From positions 23,284,682-23,348,681 of the forward strand of contig JAHRHZ010000042.1 of NCBI GenBank assembly GCA_024137785.1: 64,000 nucleotides of DNA, written 5' to 3'. Numbering within the stretch: the first letter of the stretch is position 1; every line of letters starts with the position of its first letter. The position numbers and the translations under genes are program-made. Source of the DNA: Ginglymostoma cirratum (taxonomy: Eukaryota). Below, in pieces: positions 38,251 through 53,900 of this stretch. The notes under the pieces are model-generated. The model worked only from the letters and a program-made list of their open reading frames with translations. It was not told the origin of the DNA and did not search any database.

Positions 38251-38842
38251 AATCTTCCTCAGCACAGTTCCACTCTTGCTTCTGTGCTGTCATTCTTCTG
38301 TGACTTAGAAGAGGGAGCAGACAAAAGTCGCATTTACATTTGGCTCCCAAACCTGCAACCTGTCGGTAATTAATAAAGTTATGATGGATGAACCATTATT
38401 TAACATGGAGACAGGTCCCCTGGCCAGATCAGCAATGATAGGTAGGTTCTGGGCTTTGGGGATGTAGAGGCTTACCATATCCAAATAAGCACCTGGCCAC
38501 ATATAAGATGAGTAACCATGGGATTTCCTCAACAAGAAGGTACACTTCCAGCCAACTTTTAAAGTTAAAAGCAGCACAGAAAGCTGCCAAGCCACCACAG
38601 CAGGTGTAGAATGAAGTCCCAACATAATTATTCTTTTGCTTATGCACTCACTCAGACAGGTAGGTAGGTGCTGTGGGCCTCACAGGTGTGCTGGTATCTT
38701 GGCCTTCAGCTGGGCCCTCACTCCAAGCAATGTGCTGCATACTCACTCTTCACTGCATCAGGAAACTGAAAGACAACTATAAATGTCCAGTTGGCCTCCT
38801 TAACTCCTTCTCAGCAAGGCTCTCAATTGCCTGCCCATCTTA

Positions 38843-39140
38843 TGGGTGGCATGATGGCTCAGTACTTAGCTTTGCTGCCTCACAGCACCAGGAACCAGTG
38901 TTGATTCCATCCTTGGGTGACTGTTTGTGTGGAGTTCGCACATTATCCCTGTCTCCTCCCACAGTCCAAAGATGTGCAGGATAAACAGACTGACCATGTT
39001 AAATTGTCCTGTAGTGTCCAGAGATATGTAGGCTAGATGAGATAGCCATGGTAAATGCAGGGTTACAGGGATCGGGTGGGTCAGTGAAGACTCAATAGAT
39101 TGAATGTCCTCTTTCTGTACTGTAGGGATTCTGTGATTCT
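38843..39140 (+). mobile_element. HE1-type V-SINE (degenerate)
   Basis: ggtggcatgatggctcagt..ttagc..tgctgcctcacagcaccagg...gactgtttgtgtggagtt..caca, with a CR1-like tail. Confidence 0.8.
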
Positions 39141-39329
39141 AATTGACCTTTACAGGCCACAAATCTTTGCAGAGCAAAATGGCTATTGTGTGGGATGAAG
39201 TCAGCAATATAGCACATCAGCTTGCATTGTAATTTTCAGGCCTCACCTGCCTTTCTTCCCCCCATCAGTGGAGCCAAAACATTCAGCCTGTTGTGTCTGT
39301 TAGATTGAAATGGAGCTTTATAACATGGG

Positions 39330-39572
39330 CTGGGTTGTCCTAAAAGGTAAGGTAGTACCAGTATCGGTAATCCCAAAGCACCATAGGGCTTCTCTCTCGT
39401 TACAGAGAAACAGCTAGTGGTGAGTTTAACCTGACGGTCAGCATGCCCCAGGTGAGGATTGAGGTTGAGAGGGCAGGACCTTCGTACTGATCTTAATTGG
39501 TCCAGAAATCGAACCCACACGTTCGGTATCACGCTGTATTGCAAACCAGCGATACTGCCAACTGAGCTAACT
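39330..39572 (-). mobile_element. tRNA-derived SINE
   Basis: Minus strand begins tagctcagttggc...gtgggttcgatttc (A and B boxes). Confidence 0.6.
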
Positions 39573-40382
39573 GGTGGAACTCTTGTGAAGAACCCTGCCA
39601 CAGGGGGAGAATGATAGCTATTTTAAGAAACATAGCTGTATGTGTGTGATGACTTCACTGTTGTGAGATTGTACAGCTCAACTGTCATCTCCTTCAGCCA
39701 TAATAGGCCACACTGATGGCTTTGCAGTTTTTTTGAGTGTCTCACAGCTGGCCATTTGAGTCTCTTTTCCATCAAAACCAGGTTTCTGCATCTGTGGATT
39801 AAACACAAACATTAGCAGTTCTGTTGTAGTAAGCTGTACAAAATCTGTTACATTCCCTTTTATTTAACTCCAACCGATTGCAGTTTCAAGAAGAGCAGAC
39901 GAATAAATCCAGCAAGGGCAGATAAAATGGAAACACTTGCTTAGTAAGGCCTGATACCGACCACAAAAACATCTCAAAGTGGGTTTGAACTCAAACTTTA
40001 AACACGAGAGAAATTGAATTGATCGGCAGCATGAGTGACTATCACATCAATTTTTATGGAAAGGAGCTTATTGTCATGAGCATTAGCTAAAAGCAATGTG
40101 GAAAAACTTTCCCAAATATCACTGCTTTCTCTTGTTTTTAAAAATCCAGCATAGCATCCATGTCTCTCTGACAATATTGTTGGCCATGCTTATCCGCAGG
40201 GGGATTTGGATAGCTTGGGCTCACAAGTGATTTAACAGCATTCTTACTAATGATCATCTCTAACAATAGAAAGCACAACCATATCACTCTGAACTCAAAT
40301 ACAATTCATCTCAAAGCCCCTTAGCAGCAACACCTTGGGGATCACAACTGACTAAAAAACTTAATTGATGGATGTGTACCAT

Positions 40383-40690
40383 CATAGAAATCTCTACAGT
40401 GTGGAAGCAGGCCCTTTGGCCCAGCAAGGCCACACCAACCCTCAGAGCATCCCACCCCAACCCATGCCCCTATAACCCACCTAATCTACACAGCCCTGAA
40501 CACTATGGGTAATTTTGCATGGCTAATCCACCTAACCTACACATCTTTGGACTGTGGGAGGAAACCGAGCACCCGGAAGAAACCCATGCAGACACAGGGA
40601 GAATGTGCAAACTCCACACAGACAGTCACCCAAGGGTGGAATCGAACGCAGGTCCCTGGAGCTGTGAGGCAGCAGTGCTAACCACTGAGT
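40383..40690 (-). mobile_element. HE1-type V-SINE (well preserved)
   Basis: catggctaatccacctaacc...gtgggaggaaaccgagcacccgga...aaactccacacagacagtc...cagtgctaaccactgag, which I recognise as the shark HE1/V-SINE body. Confidence 0.9.
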
Positions 40691-40773
40691 CACTGAGTGA
40701 ACATCAGCAGAGACCCTATGCCAACTAACATGGTTCTGTCTTGGATGTAATTAACAGTAAACTCCAGTCATTG

Positions 40774-42448
<1,675 letters not shown>

Positions 42449-42723
42449 ATTCACAATCCAGTGAGATTGCTCTTAAATGATGCTGGTTCCAATATCCTGA
42501 TGTAATCCTTCCTTTAAACACACGCCCTCAGTCTCCTAACATGCAAATGCAAGATGGTCTTGCCATGTCTATTGCAAAAATTGTTTCCCAGACAGAACAC
42601 CAACTGCCTACGTTCTATGTTCAAAGACCGATAAAAGTCAGGTCTTGGTGAACTGAATGCCTTTGGGATCTTAATACGATTCCCTTGCTGAGTTCCCTTG
42701 TCTGCAAAATTGGAATTTCTCAC

Positions 42724-43170
42724 CACAGACACTGCAGCATCCGTGTTTCGCTAACACTCTCCGCTTTGATTTATTTCGGGGTTTCCACAAACCGCACTTG
42801 CCCCCAACAAAAATGGCGGCCCTGACCCGGGGCCTATCACTGCCCCAGGACCCTGAGCCAGGGCCTGTCACCGCCCAAATGCCCTGAGCCAGGGCCTGTA
42901 AATGCCCGGTGGCTGTGAGCTGGGGCCTGTCATGCCCTGGGGGCCTGAGCCGGGGCCTGTCACGCCTGGGACCCCTAACCTGGGGCCTGTCACCGCCTGA
43001 GGGTCCTGAACCAGGGCCTGTCACCGCCCAGGGTCCCTCAGCTGGGGCCTGTCATCGCCCGGGGGCCCTGAGCCGGCGCCTATCATCACCCGGTGGCCGT
43101 GAGCTGGGGCCTGTCACTGCCCGGGGGCCCGCGGCCATTTCCCGCAAACGCAGGACCGGAAATTCCTAAC
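42724..43170 (-). promoter_or_regulatory. CpG-rich promoter and non-coding first exon of the ZNF gene
   Basis: Donor GTCTGTG|GTGAGA at ~42723 and acceptor tgtttaaAG at ~42512. YY1-type AAAATGGCGGC at 42810-42820; ETS-type ACCGGAAAT at 43155-43163. The only CpG-dense region in the window. Confidence 0.7.
42830..43137. repeat. GC-rich minisatellite, ~10 copies of 30-31 bp
   Basis: Consensus approximately GGGCCTGTCACCGCCCRGGGGCCCTGAGCYR. Confidence 0.92.
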
Positions 43171-43529
43171 TGGGGCCCAAAGGCCTACAACTGGGTGCTG
43201 ATGAAATCTCTCATTCCACACTGCCTCCGTCTGTCCTCTCCAAACATGCTTCATTCAGTACCAGTATCATAATAACACAAGTAAAACAGAGCCTAAAATG
43301 AGCTTGGATGAGTTGCTCGTTGTAACAAGATCAATGTTGTGAACATACTTGAGCCATGCAGAAAAAGCTGAATGCACACCCATGTGGATTGACAGCTATA
43401 TCCTTTAATAATACAAAGGCTACCCTATAGATTCAGGTCCTAGTTTTATTGGATCAGCCCTTCAAGCCTGTTCCACATTCAATACAATCATGGCTGATCA
43501 TCATCACCATTATCTTCATTACAGTTATA

Positions 43530-44270
43530 AACTTTGAATCTGCAATGGTTGTGTAGCTGGAAAAATGGAAGCAGTGATTATCATTTGAAGTCATTGAACT
43601 CAGTGTTGAGTCTGGAAAGATGTAAAGTGGCAAATAAAACAATAAGATGCGTTCCTCAAATCTTTATTTAATTTCATTAGAATAAAATGGAAAACCGGAG
43701 ATGGGGAACTCAGAGTGGGGCTGGGAGAATAGGTAACGTGATAAATGACTTGAAGATTGGGGTCATGCTTGCAAACTGAACAGGAATGTTCTACACAGCA
43801 ATTACTCAAGTTACATTGGCCTCTCCATTGTATGTGACAACACATTGCGAGAGATAGTTACAGTACATTCAACTGAAAGAAGTACAATGCCGCATCAGAT
43901 GAATGGAGTTTTTGCAGCCCTGAAAAGGGTGAAAGGAGAAGGAGGGAAAAGATAAGGGATGACAGATCCTGTGCTTTCATGGGAGGGGTTCTTGGGAAGA
44001 GGAGGAGGTGATCGATGCACTAAAGAGTGAACTAGGTGTCACAGAACAAAAAGATCATCTGAATACTAAAAGGGGAGCGCAGGAGAAAATATGGTTGGTG
44101 CTGTTCATCTTCGAAGGGGATGAAAGGAGAGTGATCCACTGAATACTGGTGGAGTGGAAGATAAAGACAAGGAGAATGCAGAGGGAGGAGAAAAGCTGAG
44201 GGTAGAACTATCAACCACAATGGAAGAAAGTCCTTCCAAGGAAAAAGAAAGATCGTATGTTATTTGCAAA
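43530..44270 (-). mobile_element. Old Penelope-like remnant
   Basis: Reverse similarity to 19600-20240 (cattgaactcagtgttgagtctggaa..tgtaaagtg). Confidence 0.55.
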
Positions 44271-44714
44271 GCTTTCCAACACCTGGGATTCCTCTTGACT
44301 CATTTTTGGATCTGCTGTAGACCGATTGATGAATGTTGATTTCCATTATTAGTTATTGCTTCATTGTTACTGTATCACACGACAAGCAGGAAGTTCGAGG
44401 GCAAGCAAACTGGACTCTTCAGAATTTTCCTTCTGGAAGCCTTTAAAAGAGGGCAACTTATTTGGTAGTAATAACAAGCTGTTGGCTGAAGAACACTTGG
44501 TCTGAGTTCTAATTTGTGATAATAAGCAAGTACAAAATAAATATGGCTTTTTAAAAGCTTTCATGTAAATAAATTATTGACTGATTATTTACTGTTACTT
44601 TTACTCAGTGGACAATTCAGTTGGTCCACAAACAGTGGTTTCTGTGTGAAAAGATTTTTCTTGAATATTTCCACCAGACTACGCAATACAAACCATCGGT
44701 AGCCGAATGAAACA

Positions 44715-44800
44715 CGTTTCCTTCCTCCCTTCACCTAACCTGGTTGATCATAGTCAACAGACCTTGCATTTCTGGCACTTCTGAAGTGAGGAAGAGGGCA
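44715..44800 (+). promoter_or_regulatory. Putative proximal promoter of IgSF copy C with ETS/PU.1-like sites
   Basis: TTTCCTTCCTC (44717-44727) and GAAGTGAGGAAG (44783-44794), 100-180 bp upstream of the ATG. No TATA box seen. Confidence 0.35.
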
Positions 44801-44896
44801 TTCACTGCTGATGTAGGTTAATGCATTCACAAATGGTGTTTAACTAAGATTTTTTGAAGATAGAAATCAATTTGAACGTATTTAAGAGAACGTGGA

Positions 44897-44954
44897 ATGG
44901 CAAACATGTTACTGCAGCTGATCGTGTTCTTTCTGGCATGGACTGGTGTGGAAG
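44897..44954 (+). CDS. Copy C leader exon
   Basis: MANMLLQLIVFFLAWTGVE(G)|GTTAGT, 58 nt, phase 1, signal-peptide-like. Linkage to the V exon 13.1 kb away is inferred. Confidence 0.72.
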
Positions 44955-47900
44955 GTTAGTATGTGCTGTATTCCAATCTCTGCGACACAGTTCGGATTTA
45001 AACTGATCACAAATATTTGTTGATGCTGAATAAAAACTACGATTACTGCTGGATCGTGTGAAAAATTTACAAATATAGTTAATATATCATTGACATTTCT
45101 ATGTAAGTTCCAAAAAAGTTCACATTTATATAGAATGAATGAGTGGAAATTTTGAACAATAAGTTTCAGATTTGTCTGACATTTACAAGTTGAAGATATT
45201 GCTGGAAATGTCTTGTGGATTGAAGTTCAGAGGGAGGTTCTGACATTAAAATCCATAATGTTGAAAAGTAATGTGATTTGCTGCCATGCGGAATCCTTAG
45301 GGTACAAGTGGATATCAGTTTATAACATGACTCTAACATCATGTTATAACAATAATTTAGTTAGCCAACTTAGGTTATAACAACAAAATTTACACGCTAC
45401 AAATTAAACTCAACTTTGTAGGAGTGCAGTGGTTGAATAATGAACAAATGAAGGAGACTATAATCATCCAACTGTGACTTGCAAATTTAAAACAAATTGC
45501 CTTCTATTCGGTGTGATTCCACAATAAGGCAGGACTTAGTGACTATGCTGGTCATTGCACAAAATATAAATTTAAGATTATCATGAGAGATTTTAACACG
45601 TCTTGTGTACACTCATTAGAATTGACATGCATTCATGCACAGTCTGCTCTTCTCTGCAATAAAAGGAGCTCTATAGATCATATACTATGAAATTCACTCC
45701 AAATTTTAGGCCACAATATCAACGTAGAGGCACATTACAAGTTGGGGTGATGTGTCCCATTAAAAACTGAAATAAAAAAGATTAATAATATAAAGCAAAG
45801 AACTGGAGCTGGAGATTTGAAACAAAAACAGAAATTGCTGGAGAAACTCAGAAGGTCTGGCAGCATCTGTGGGGAGAACACAGAGTTAATATTTCAAGTC
45901 CGGTGATTCACTGGACTTAAAACTTAACTGTACTTTCTTTCCAACAGCGCTGCCACAGCTGCTGAGTTTGTCTAATAATTTCAGCTTTTGAATATAGAGA
46001 GACTTATGGGACAAAAGGAGAGTGTTCAATGCATGCTGTAGAAGAGCTTCCAGCCTAATCCACATTCGGTTCTTTGTCTATAGTTCTGTCGGCTATGATA
46101 TCTCAAGGTTTGATATCTAACATTTTTCCCTTTACCTGAATTTGTTTTGCCTTAACAATATTGTCAGGCAGTCAGTTCCTGACTGCCATCACTGACTTGG
46201 TGAAGAAAAAAATCCTCAGTTTCCCTCTACTGATTCTATCAAATATTATAAAACTATGGCACCTGGTTTTTGACACCTCTGCTAATAGAAATAGGCCATT
46301 TCCAACCATTCTATCTAGCTCCCCCATTATTTTATACAAATAAATTAAACCTCCATTCAGCGTCCTCATTTTAAAGAAAGAAATCTTGATATCACATGGA
46401 AAATCCAGATACAGGCTTTATGCATTTGACAATGTCTGCAGATCGTCAAATACTTTTTAGCCTGACTTAGATATACTCTTGACTGACAAGGAACAAAGAG
46501 GGTATATGAGGTATTCAGAAAAGTAGATTTAAAGCTGCAATCATCAGGCATGACCTTATGAAATAGTTGAGAGAGCCCCATGGGACAAATTTCATTTTGT
46601 TTTACATGCACGGAACACGTGCCCGTTCATGATTGCTAGTGAAAGTTGTGTTGGAAAACTGTCTTGTTGAAACATTGCCGTCTTGGGATGTAGGTATGCA
46701 TGCAGTTTTCTACTTTTATTCTTCTACACGGTGAAAGTCGGGTGTTTGCAATGTGCTCTTAAAGGGATTGTGCACTCATGGATGATGTACATTACTACCA
46801 TTGTGCTTAGTGGTGAAGGAAATGACTGCTGAAGCTGGTGGAAGAGGTGCCAATCAAGCAGGCTGCTTTTCTTGGTTGGTAGTGACCTTCTTGATGCACC
46901 CATCCAAGCAAATGGAGCGTATAGCATCAAATTCCTGATTTGTACCTTGTAGTTGATAGACATTGTGGAGACAGGGGTGAATTATTTGTCACAGAATTTC
47001 TAGTCTCTAACCTGCTCTTGTAGCCACGGTATTTATAGAGCTGGTCCAGTTCACCTTCTGGTCAACAATAATCCTCGGTGGGTAAATTCAGTGATAGTCA
47101 TGTCAAATGGAGATGGTCAGATTTTTTTCTTGTTGGAGGTGGTCATTTCACTGCACCTATTCAGTGCAAATGGTATTTGCCACTTATAAGTCCAAGCCTG
47201 GATGTTGCCCAGATCTTGTTATGGATATAAAAACTGAAAGAACTGCGGATGCTGTAAATCAGGACCAAAAACAAAGTTGCTGGAAAAGCTCAGCAGGTCT
47301 GGTAGCATCTGTGAAGGGAAAAACAGAGTTAATGTTTTGGGTCCGGTGACCCTTGTTATGGACATACGCCGTTTCAGTGTCTGAGGAGTAATGAATAGTG
47401 CTAAACATTGTGCAATCATGAGTGTCTGTCTCCACATCTGCTCTTATGAAGAAAGGTCGGTCAGCGATAAAGCATACAAAGATGATCGGGTCTCGGGTAT
47501 TACCCTGAGTTGCTCCTGAAGTCCTGATACTGAGATGATTGATGTCCAACAAGCACAAAGTCATTAAATCCATTTTCTGTGTTTGAAGCTGTCAGCTGCA
47601 GAGTTAGTTAGCTGAATATTTTAACAAAGTAACATTCAACCATAAGATGTTCCAGTGTTACTTACATTTGGTACTGCCTAACAATAAGGCAAAATGCTCA
47701 GGGGAGTGTTTAGGTAGGTCACTCAAGATAGTTCAAGTGTCGGTGAGTTGCATCTCAAAGTCAGTCAGTTTTTGGATTTAGCTGTCAGAGAAGATGGCAG
47801 TGGACTGAAAATGTTTTCACAGGGATCTAGTGATTGGAATGATGTCAGCCAGGTGGACCTCATGGAATATGAGTTCCCTGATTGGGGTTGTTAATCTGGT

Positions 47901-50900
47901 CCAATCAGGGAGTCCTGGCTGACAGATATAAACAAGAGTATAAGGGCTTCTGGTCCGTCTAGGAGCTGACTCCATGCTAGCTAGGTCAGTGTCATGTACT
48001 ATCCATTGTAAATAAAGGGTGACCGAATGACAGGATACTGGCCTTCATAAAGAGTATGTAGCTAGATCTACAAGAATAAAAAATTGAGATCTATTGTGGA
48101 GATGATAAGTTCTAGTGGGATTCGGTGATCCACAGTGTCACTAAGTGGGTTGCTGAGAAATCAGTGAGAACTATCTTGCCCCCATTAATTATTTGATATG
48201 TTCTGTGAGATATTCAGTTACAGCATATCTGATGATCAATGTCAATCTAATGTTAATTCTCCAACGTAAGTTACATGTAAACAGCAAGTCGATTTACTTT
48301 TCTAACCTATGGTAACATTTATTTTCTAACATGATGGAATTTTGTGTCTTTATTCTCTTAAAAATATTTGGTTACTGGTCCCTAACCAAATCATAACTGA
48401 TCCCCAGTTTGGGTCCTCACAGCATTATTCAGTAGACCCTAAGTCTAAACATGAACAAAAGAGCTGATTTCCAGAAGTGCGATGAGAGTAACTGCCCCTC
48501 ATATCAAGGCCACATTTGATTAAGTCAAGGAGATCTAACAAACTTAGAGTCAATGGGAGTCAAGGGAAAACTCTCCACTAGTTGTAGTCATACCTGGCAC
48601 ATAGGAAGGTGGTTGTGAGTTTTTGGATTCAAAATTGGCAAGTAATATCCACCCGTCACAAATGCTAGGTAAAGACCATCTTCAACAAGTCAGAATCTGA
48701 TCGTCATCCCTTGACATTCAATAGAATTACCATCATTGAAACCCTCATTATTCACAGCCTGGCTGTTACAATTGTCCAGAAACTAAACCGAACTCGACTA
48801 GCCATGTAAACACAATGACTAAAAGAAGAGGTCAAAGTCCAGGAAGCCTGCAGTGAGTAACTTATTTTCTGACTCCCCAGTACTTGCCCACCATCGATAA
48901 GGCACAAGTCAGAATGAGTTCTACTCCAACAACACTCAAGAATCTTGACACTATCCTGGACAAAGCAACGAACATGATTGGCACTACATCCACAAATAAC
49001 CACCCCTTCACCACTGACACTCATGTAACAATGTGTACCATCTACAGGATGCACTGCAGAAACCCACCAACACCTTCAAAACCAAAACCACTTCCATTCA
49101 GAGGCAGCAGATACAAGGGAGCACCATCAACGTAAGATCCACTCACCATCCTGATTTGGAAGTATAGCATTTCTCCTTCATTATTGATGGTTCAAAATCC
49201 TGGAACTCCTCCCCTAAGGCATTGTGGGTCTACCTTTTGCACATGGACTACTGCAGTTCAAGAAGGCCACTCACCACAACCTTCTCAAGGACAGCAAGGA
49301 ATGGGCAATAAATGCTGAACCAGCCAGCGACATCCACATTCCATGTATGTGTTTTTTAAAAATGAGCATTCTCACCTAGGAACATAGCATAAATTTGGTG
49401 GTCTTGTCTACTGTATTCGTATCAATGTAATGCTTCCTTTCCGGTCATAGCAACCATCTTCCTTTGTGCTAGGTGTATCGTTCATCACTGGAGGGTTAGA
49501 CACCCTGGTTCCATTGATTCCAATTTTGCTTGGATTCCTTGATGCCACACTCAGTTAAAGTAGTCTTGATATTAATGGCAGCCATGCTGCTGTCACCTCT
49601 GAATTTTAATTCCATGCTTGGACCAAGGTTACAATGTGGTCAGTGGCTGAATGACCCTGATGGAACTTAAACTAAGCATCAATCAGCAGGTTACTGTGAA
49701 GCAATTGTCACTTGTCAGCACTGTCCATGATACTTTTTAACACTTTTTCCACAGGGCAAGAATGTCCAGCAAGGCTAAACATTACAATTTCCTTCAATCG
49801 GGGAACAGATACCTTAACATCGGCCTTATAATGCCACATTGATTAGCACCAGTGTGTTGACAATAAAATGCAGCCAGCCCCCCCCAGATATGAGAAGGAT
49901 GATAGTGAAAGCATCATGGAAAAGGGGAATCCACGGAAGGCATTTTCACATCTTGCCCATCACCTTCCTCCAGTCAGCACCTGACATTTATATCTTTATT
50001 CCTTTATTTTTCTGGTTTATTCCTATGATTTTGTATTTTTCTAATTTATTCCTAAGAATCTGTACTTAAGAATCTATACTAGGTATTTTTGTACTAAGAT
50101 GGCGCTGCAAGTGGCGATTTGTAAATTTTCACTGGACCAATGTGAGTACATATGACAATACAGCAAATCTGAATCCTAATTCTAATTCTAACATGCTGCC
50201 TTGTATCCTGATGGCCACGTCTGCCCCATAGAAGAGTAGTTGATGCAGTTTTTAGCAAGACTATCACAGGTTCCAAAACTAAGACAGGAGCACCTTGACA
50301 ATCTGTAGTTAATCTGAGCAGCCTGTCTGTTGAAACCACAAGTTTGTATCATGTAACAACAGTGGCAAAAAGAACAGAAAAGCCTGCAGTTGGTCAATGG
50401 TCTGTACTTGGATATTAAGTAAGCGTTTGTTCTTACAATTCAATAAATATTATTATTTTGTGAGGTGTTTTCTCCTGCAAATTCCTAGCTGTTGTGTATC
50501 AAGTCACCTTTCAACTTCTTCAGAATTAATTGGAAGTCTTGAATTGATAGGGATTAAGAGGGAGATAAACAAGGGATGTTTTGTTGTATGTAGGATAGTG
50601 TTATCTTAGTATCATGGGTGGAGATATAAATCTACTTAACTGAGAGTACTGAAGGGTTCCTCGAGATCTGGATTGGCACCTGGAGCTAAAACTCAGCAAA
50701 TTCATGGCATTCTCAGTCACAAAGCCGATAGGCATTCACTGCAGTGCTTTTGGCCTTCTTTGACTGGGTTGCTGATAGAGTCGTAAAGTCATTCAGCATG
50801 GAAGCAGACTCTTCAATCCAACCAGTCCATGCCGAGCACAATCCCAAACTAAACTAGTCCCACCTGCCTGCTCCTGGCCCATGTCCCTCCAAACCTTTCC

Positions 50901-53900
50901 TATTCATGTACTTATCCAAATGTCTTTTAAACATTGCAATTCTACCTGCATCCATCACTTCCTCAGGAATGTCATTCCACACGTGAACCATCCTCTGTGT
51001 AAAAAAAAGTTGCTTCTTATGTCTTTTTGAAATCTTTCTCCTCTCACCTTAAAAATATGCTTCCTAGTCTCGAAATCCTCCATCCTAGGGAAAAGATAAT
51101 TACCAATAACTCTATCTATATCTCTCATTATTTTATAAACTTCTCTTAGGTCGCCTCTCAACCTTCTCTGCTTCAGTGAAAAATGTCCCAGCCTATCCAG
51201 CCTTTCTTTATAAATTAAACCTTCCATACCTGGCAACATTCTGTTAAGTCTCTACTGAACTCTCTCTAGATTGATAATATTCTTCCCTATAACTGGGTGA
51301 CCAGAACTGGATACAATATTCCAGAAGAGGCCTCACCAATGTCCCATACAACATCATCATGACTTCTCAACTCCTACACTCAAAGGACTGAGCAATGAGC
51401 AAATGCCTTTTTAACCATCCTGTCTATGTATGATGCAAACTTCAAAGAATTATGTACCAGAAAGCCTAGGTCCCTCTGTTGTACAACACTACCCAAGGCC
51501 TTACCATTAATTGTACAAGCCCTACCCTTGTTGTGCCAAAATACAATACCTCGCATTTATTCAGATTGAACTCCATCTGCTGTATTTCAGCCTATTGACC
51601 CATTTGGTCAAGATCCTTTTGTAATCTTAGAAAAGCTTCTTCACTTCTACTATGCAACCGATGTTGGTGTCATCTGCAAATTTACTGACCCTGCCTCCTA
51701 TATTCTCATTTAGATCATTTATATAAATGACACAAAAGAAGACCCAGAACCGATCCAAGTGGAACACCGCTGCTCACAGGACTCCAATCCAAAGAGCAAC
51801 CCTCCACTACTACTCTCTGCCTCCGGTCATTAAGCCAATTACGTGTGCTATTGGCAAGCTCACCCTGAATCCCATATGACCTAACTTTACTAATTAGTCT
51901 ACCATGCAGAACCTTGTCAAAGTCTTTGCTAAAATCCAAATAAACAACGTCTACTGCTCTGCCATCATCAATCGTTTTGATAACTTCCTCAAAAAACTCA
52001 GTCGAGTTTGTGAGACATGATTTTCCTTGCACAAAACCATGCTGAATATCCCTAATCAACTTTTGCCTCTATAAATATCCATAAATCCTAGCTTTTAATA
52101 ATCACCTCCAACAATTTACCCACAACCGAAGTCAGACTCACAGGTCAATAGTTCCTCAATTTCTCCTTACAACCTTTCTTAAACAAAGATACAACATTAG
52201 CCACCCTCCAGTCATCAGGCACCTCACACATAGTAATAGATGATGCAAATATTTCTGCAAGAGGTCTTGTAATTTCCTCCCTTACTTCCCACAACATTCC
52301 AGGATACATTAGATCAGCTCCCAGAGATTTATCCACCTTTATATTCTCTAAGACCTCCTAAACTTCCTTTTCTATTATGTGAACTGTTTTTCAAACATCA
52401 AAATTTATTTCTCTGCATTCTTGAGGCTCCATTTCTTTCCCCACAATAAAAAAACTGATGCAAAATATTCATTTAATATCTCTCCCATCTCCTGGGGTTC
52501 AACACAAAGACAACCTCTTTGATCTTTAAGAAGCTCTACGTCCTCTCTATTTACCTTCTTGCAGTTAATCTATTTGTAGAGTCTCTTTGGATTATCCTTA
52601 AATTTATATGTTAATGCTATTCATATCCCGCCTTTGCCTTCCTGATTTCTCTCTTAAGAATGCTCCTACACTCTTTATATTGATTAAGAGATTCACTTGA
52701 ACCAAAGTTGTTTGATTCTAAAATTAGATTCTCTTTTATTCACGACTAGAACCTCAATATCTTTATTCATCCATTGTTCCTTTATCTTACCAGCCTTACC
52801 CTTCACTGTAACAGGAACAAAATGCACCTGAGCTCTCGTTATCACCCTCTTGAACACCTCCCACTTGTCAGATGTCCTTTTATCTGTGAACAGTCTACTC
52901 CCATCACCTTTTCAAAGTTCATGTCTCATACCATTAAAATTTGCCTTACTCCAATTAAAATGTTTAACTTTTATAGAGGGCTTATCCTTTTCCATAACCA
53001 TTTCCTAAAACCTGCTCCTAGCTCCAAAAACATCAAAGAATGCCACAGAATAAAAGCATTGTGGAAGGTTCCTGAGAACTGATGCCACTGCTAGAGAAAT
53101 AATTTCTAGCATCTGCCAAAGAATTGGGGAAATGGAAGGTTTTGAGGGTTACAAATACTCCTTGTTGATCTGGCAATATCAGGGTTGCTACATATACATA
53201 TAGTCAATGATACCTATGGAAAGCCTAAGAGTTATAAACCCAAGCACTCACTCCAACTGACCAGCATCATTAGAGGTGAAGTTCACAACCTTTGCAAACA
53301 ACCCACGAAGTACTTGTGGATTACTGGCTGGCAGGCCATAGACAGAGGTATCCAGGACCATGATAACTGTAGCAGTGACCAGTAAGATGTGACTACTTGG
53401 TCCAGCAGAAACGTTTCCCCTTCTGCAGTTATCCAAGACCACCTGACATGAGCACCTAACTCCCAACAGACCCTGCTGTTTTGAGCTGTCAAGAAAACTC
53501 AGCCTCTGCCTTTGTTGTGGCTGATGCTTCTTGTGAACTGTAACCTTCTCCTGGTCTCTCTGCTGTCAAACAGATACAGTCTCTCAACAGCAGGCAGCCT
53601 GTGGGCCGAGATCTGAAATTACCAGAGGTGCCATTCTGATGTGATTCAGAAAAATTCCAAAAAGTAGAAAGAAAACTCCCAGCAGGAATACTGTGAATGA
53701 ACACTCCCCGGCTAATTGGTAAGAGAACATTTGTGAATGCTGAATGTTTAGCACAGGATGTCTATGAGTTATATTCAGCAAACCCACCCTCAATTCCTGT
53801 TGCATTCTCACTTGCTTTCAATGATGAATTTCTGGAAACAAAAATACTCATGTATCACTAAGTTTCACAGCGAGTTGAAATTGTAAAACTATTGAGTTAA

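Noticed and set aside
42671-43169. Pro/Gly/Arg-rich ORFs on both strands
   Set aside because: They are translations of the 31-bp minisatellite.
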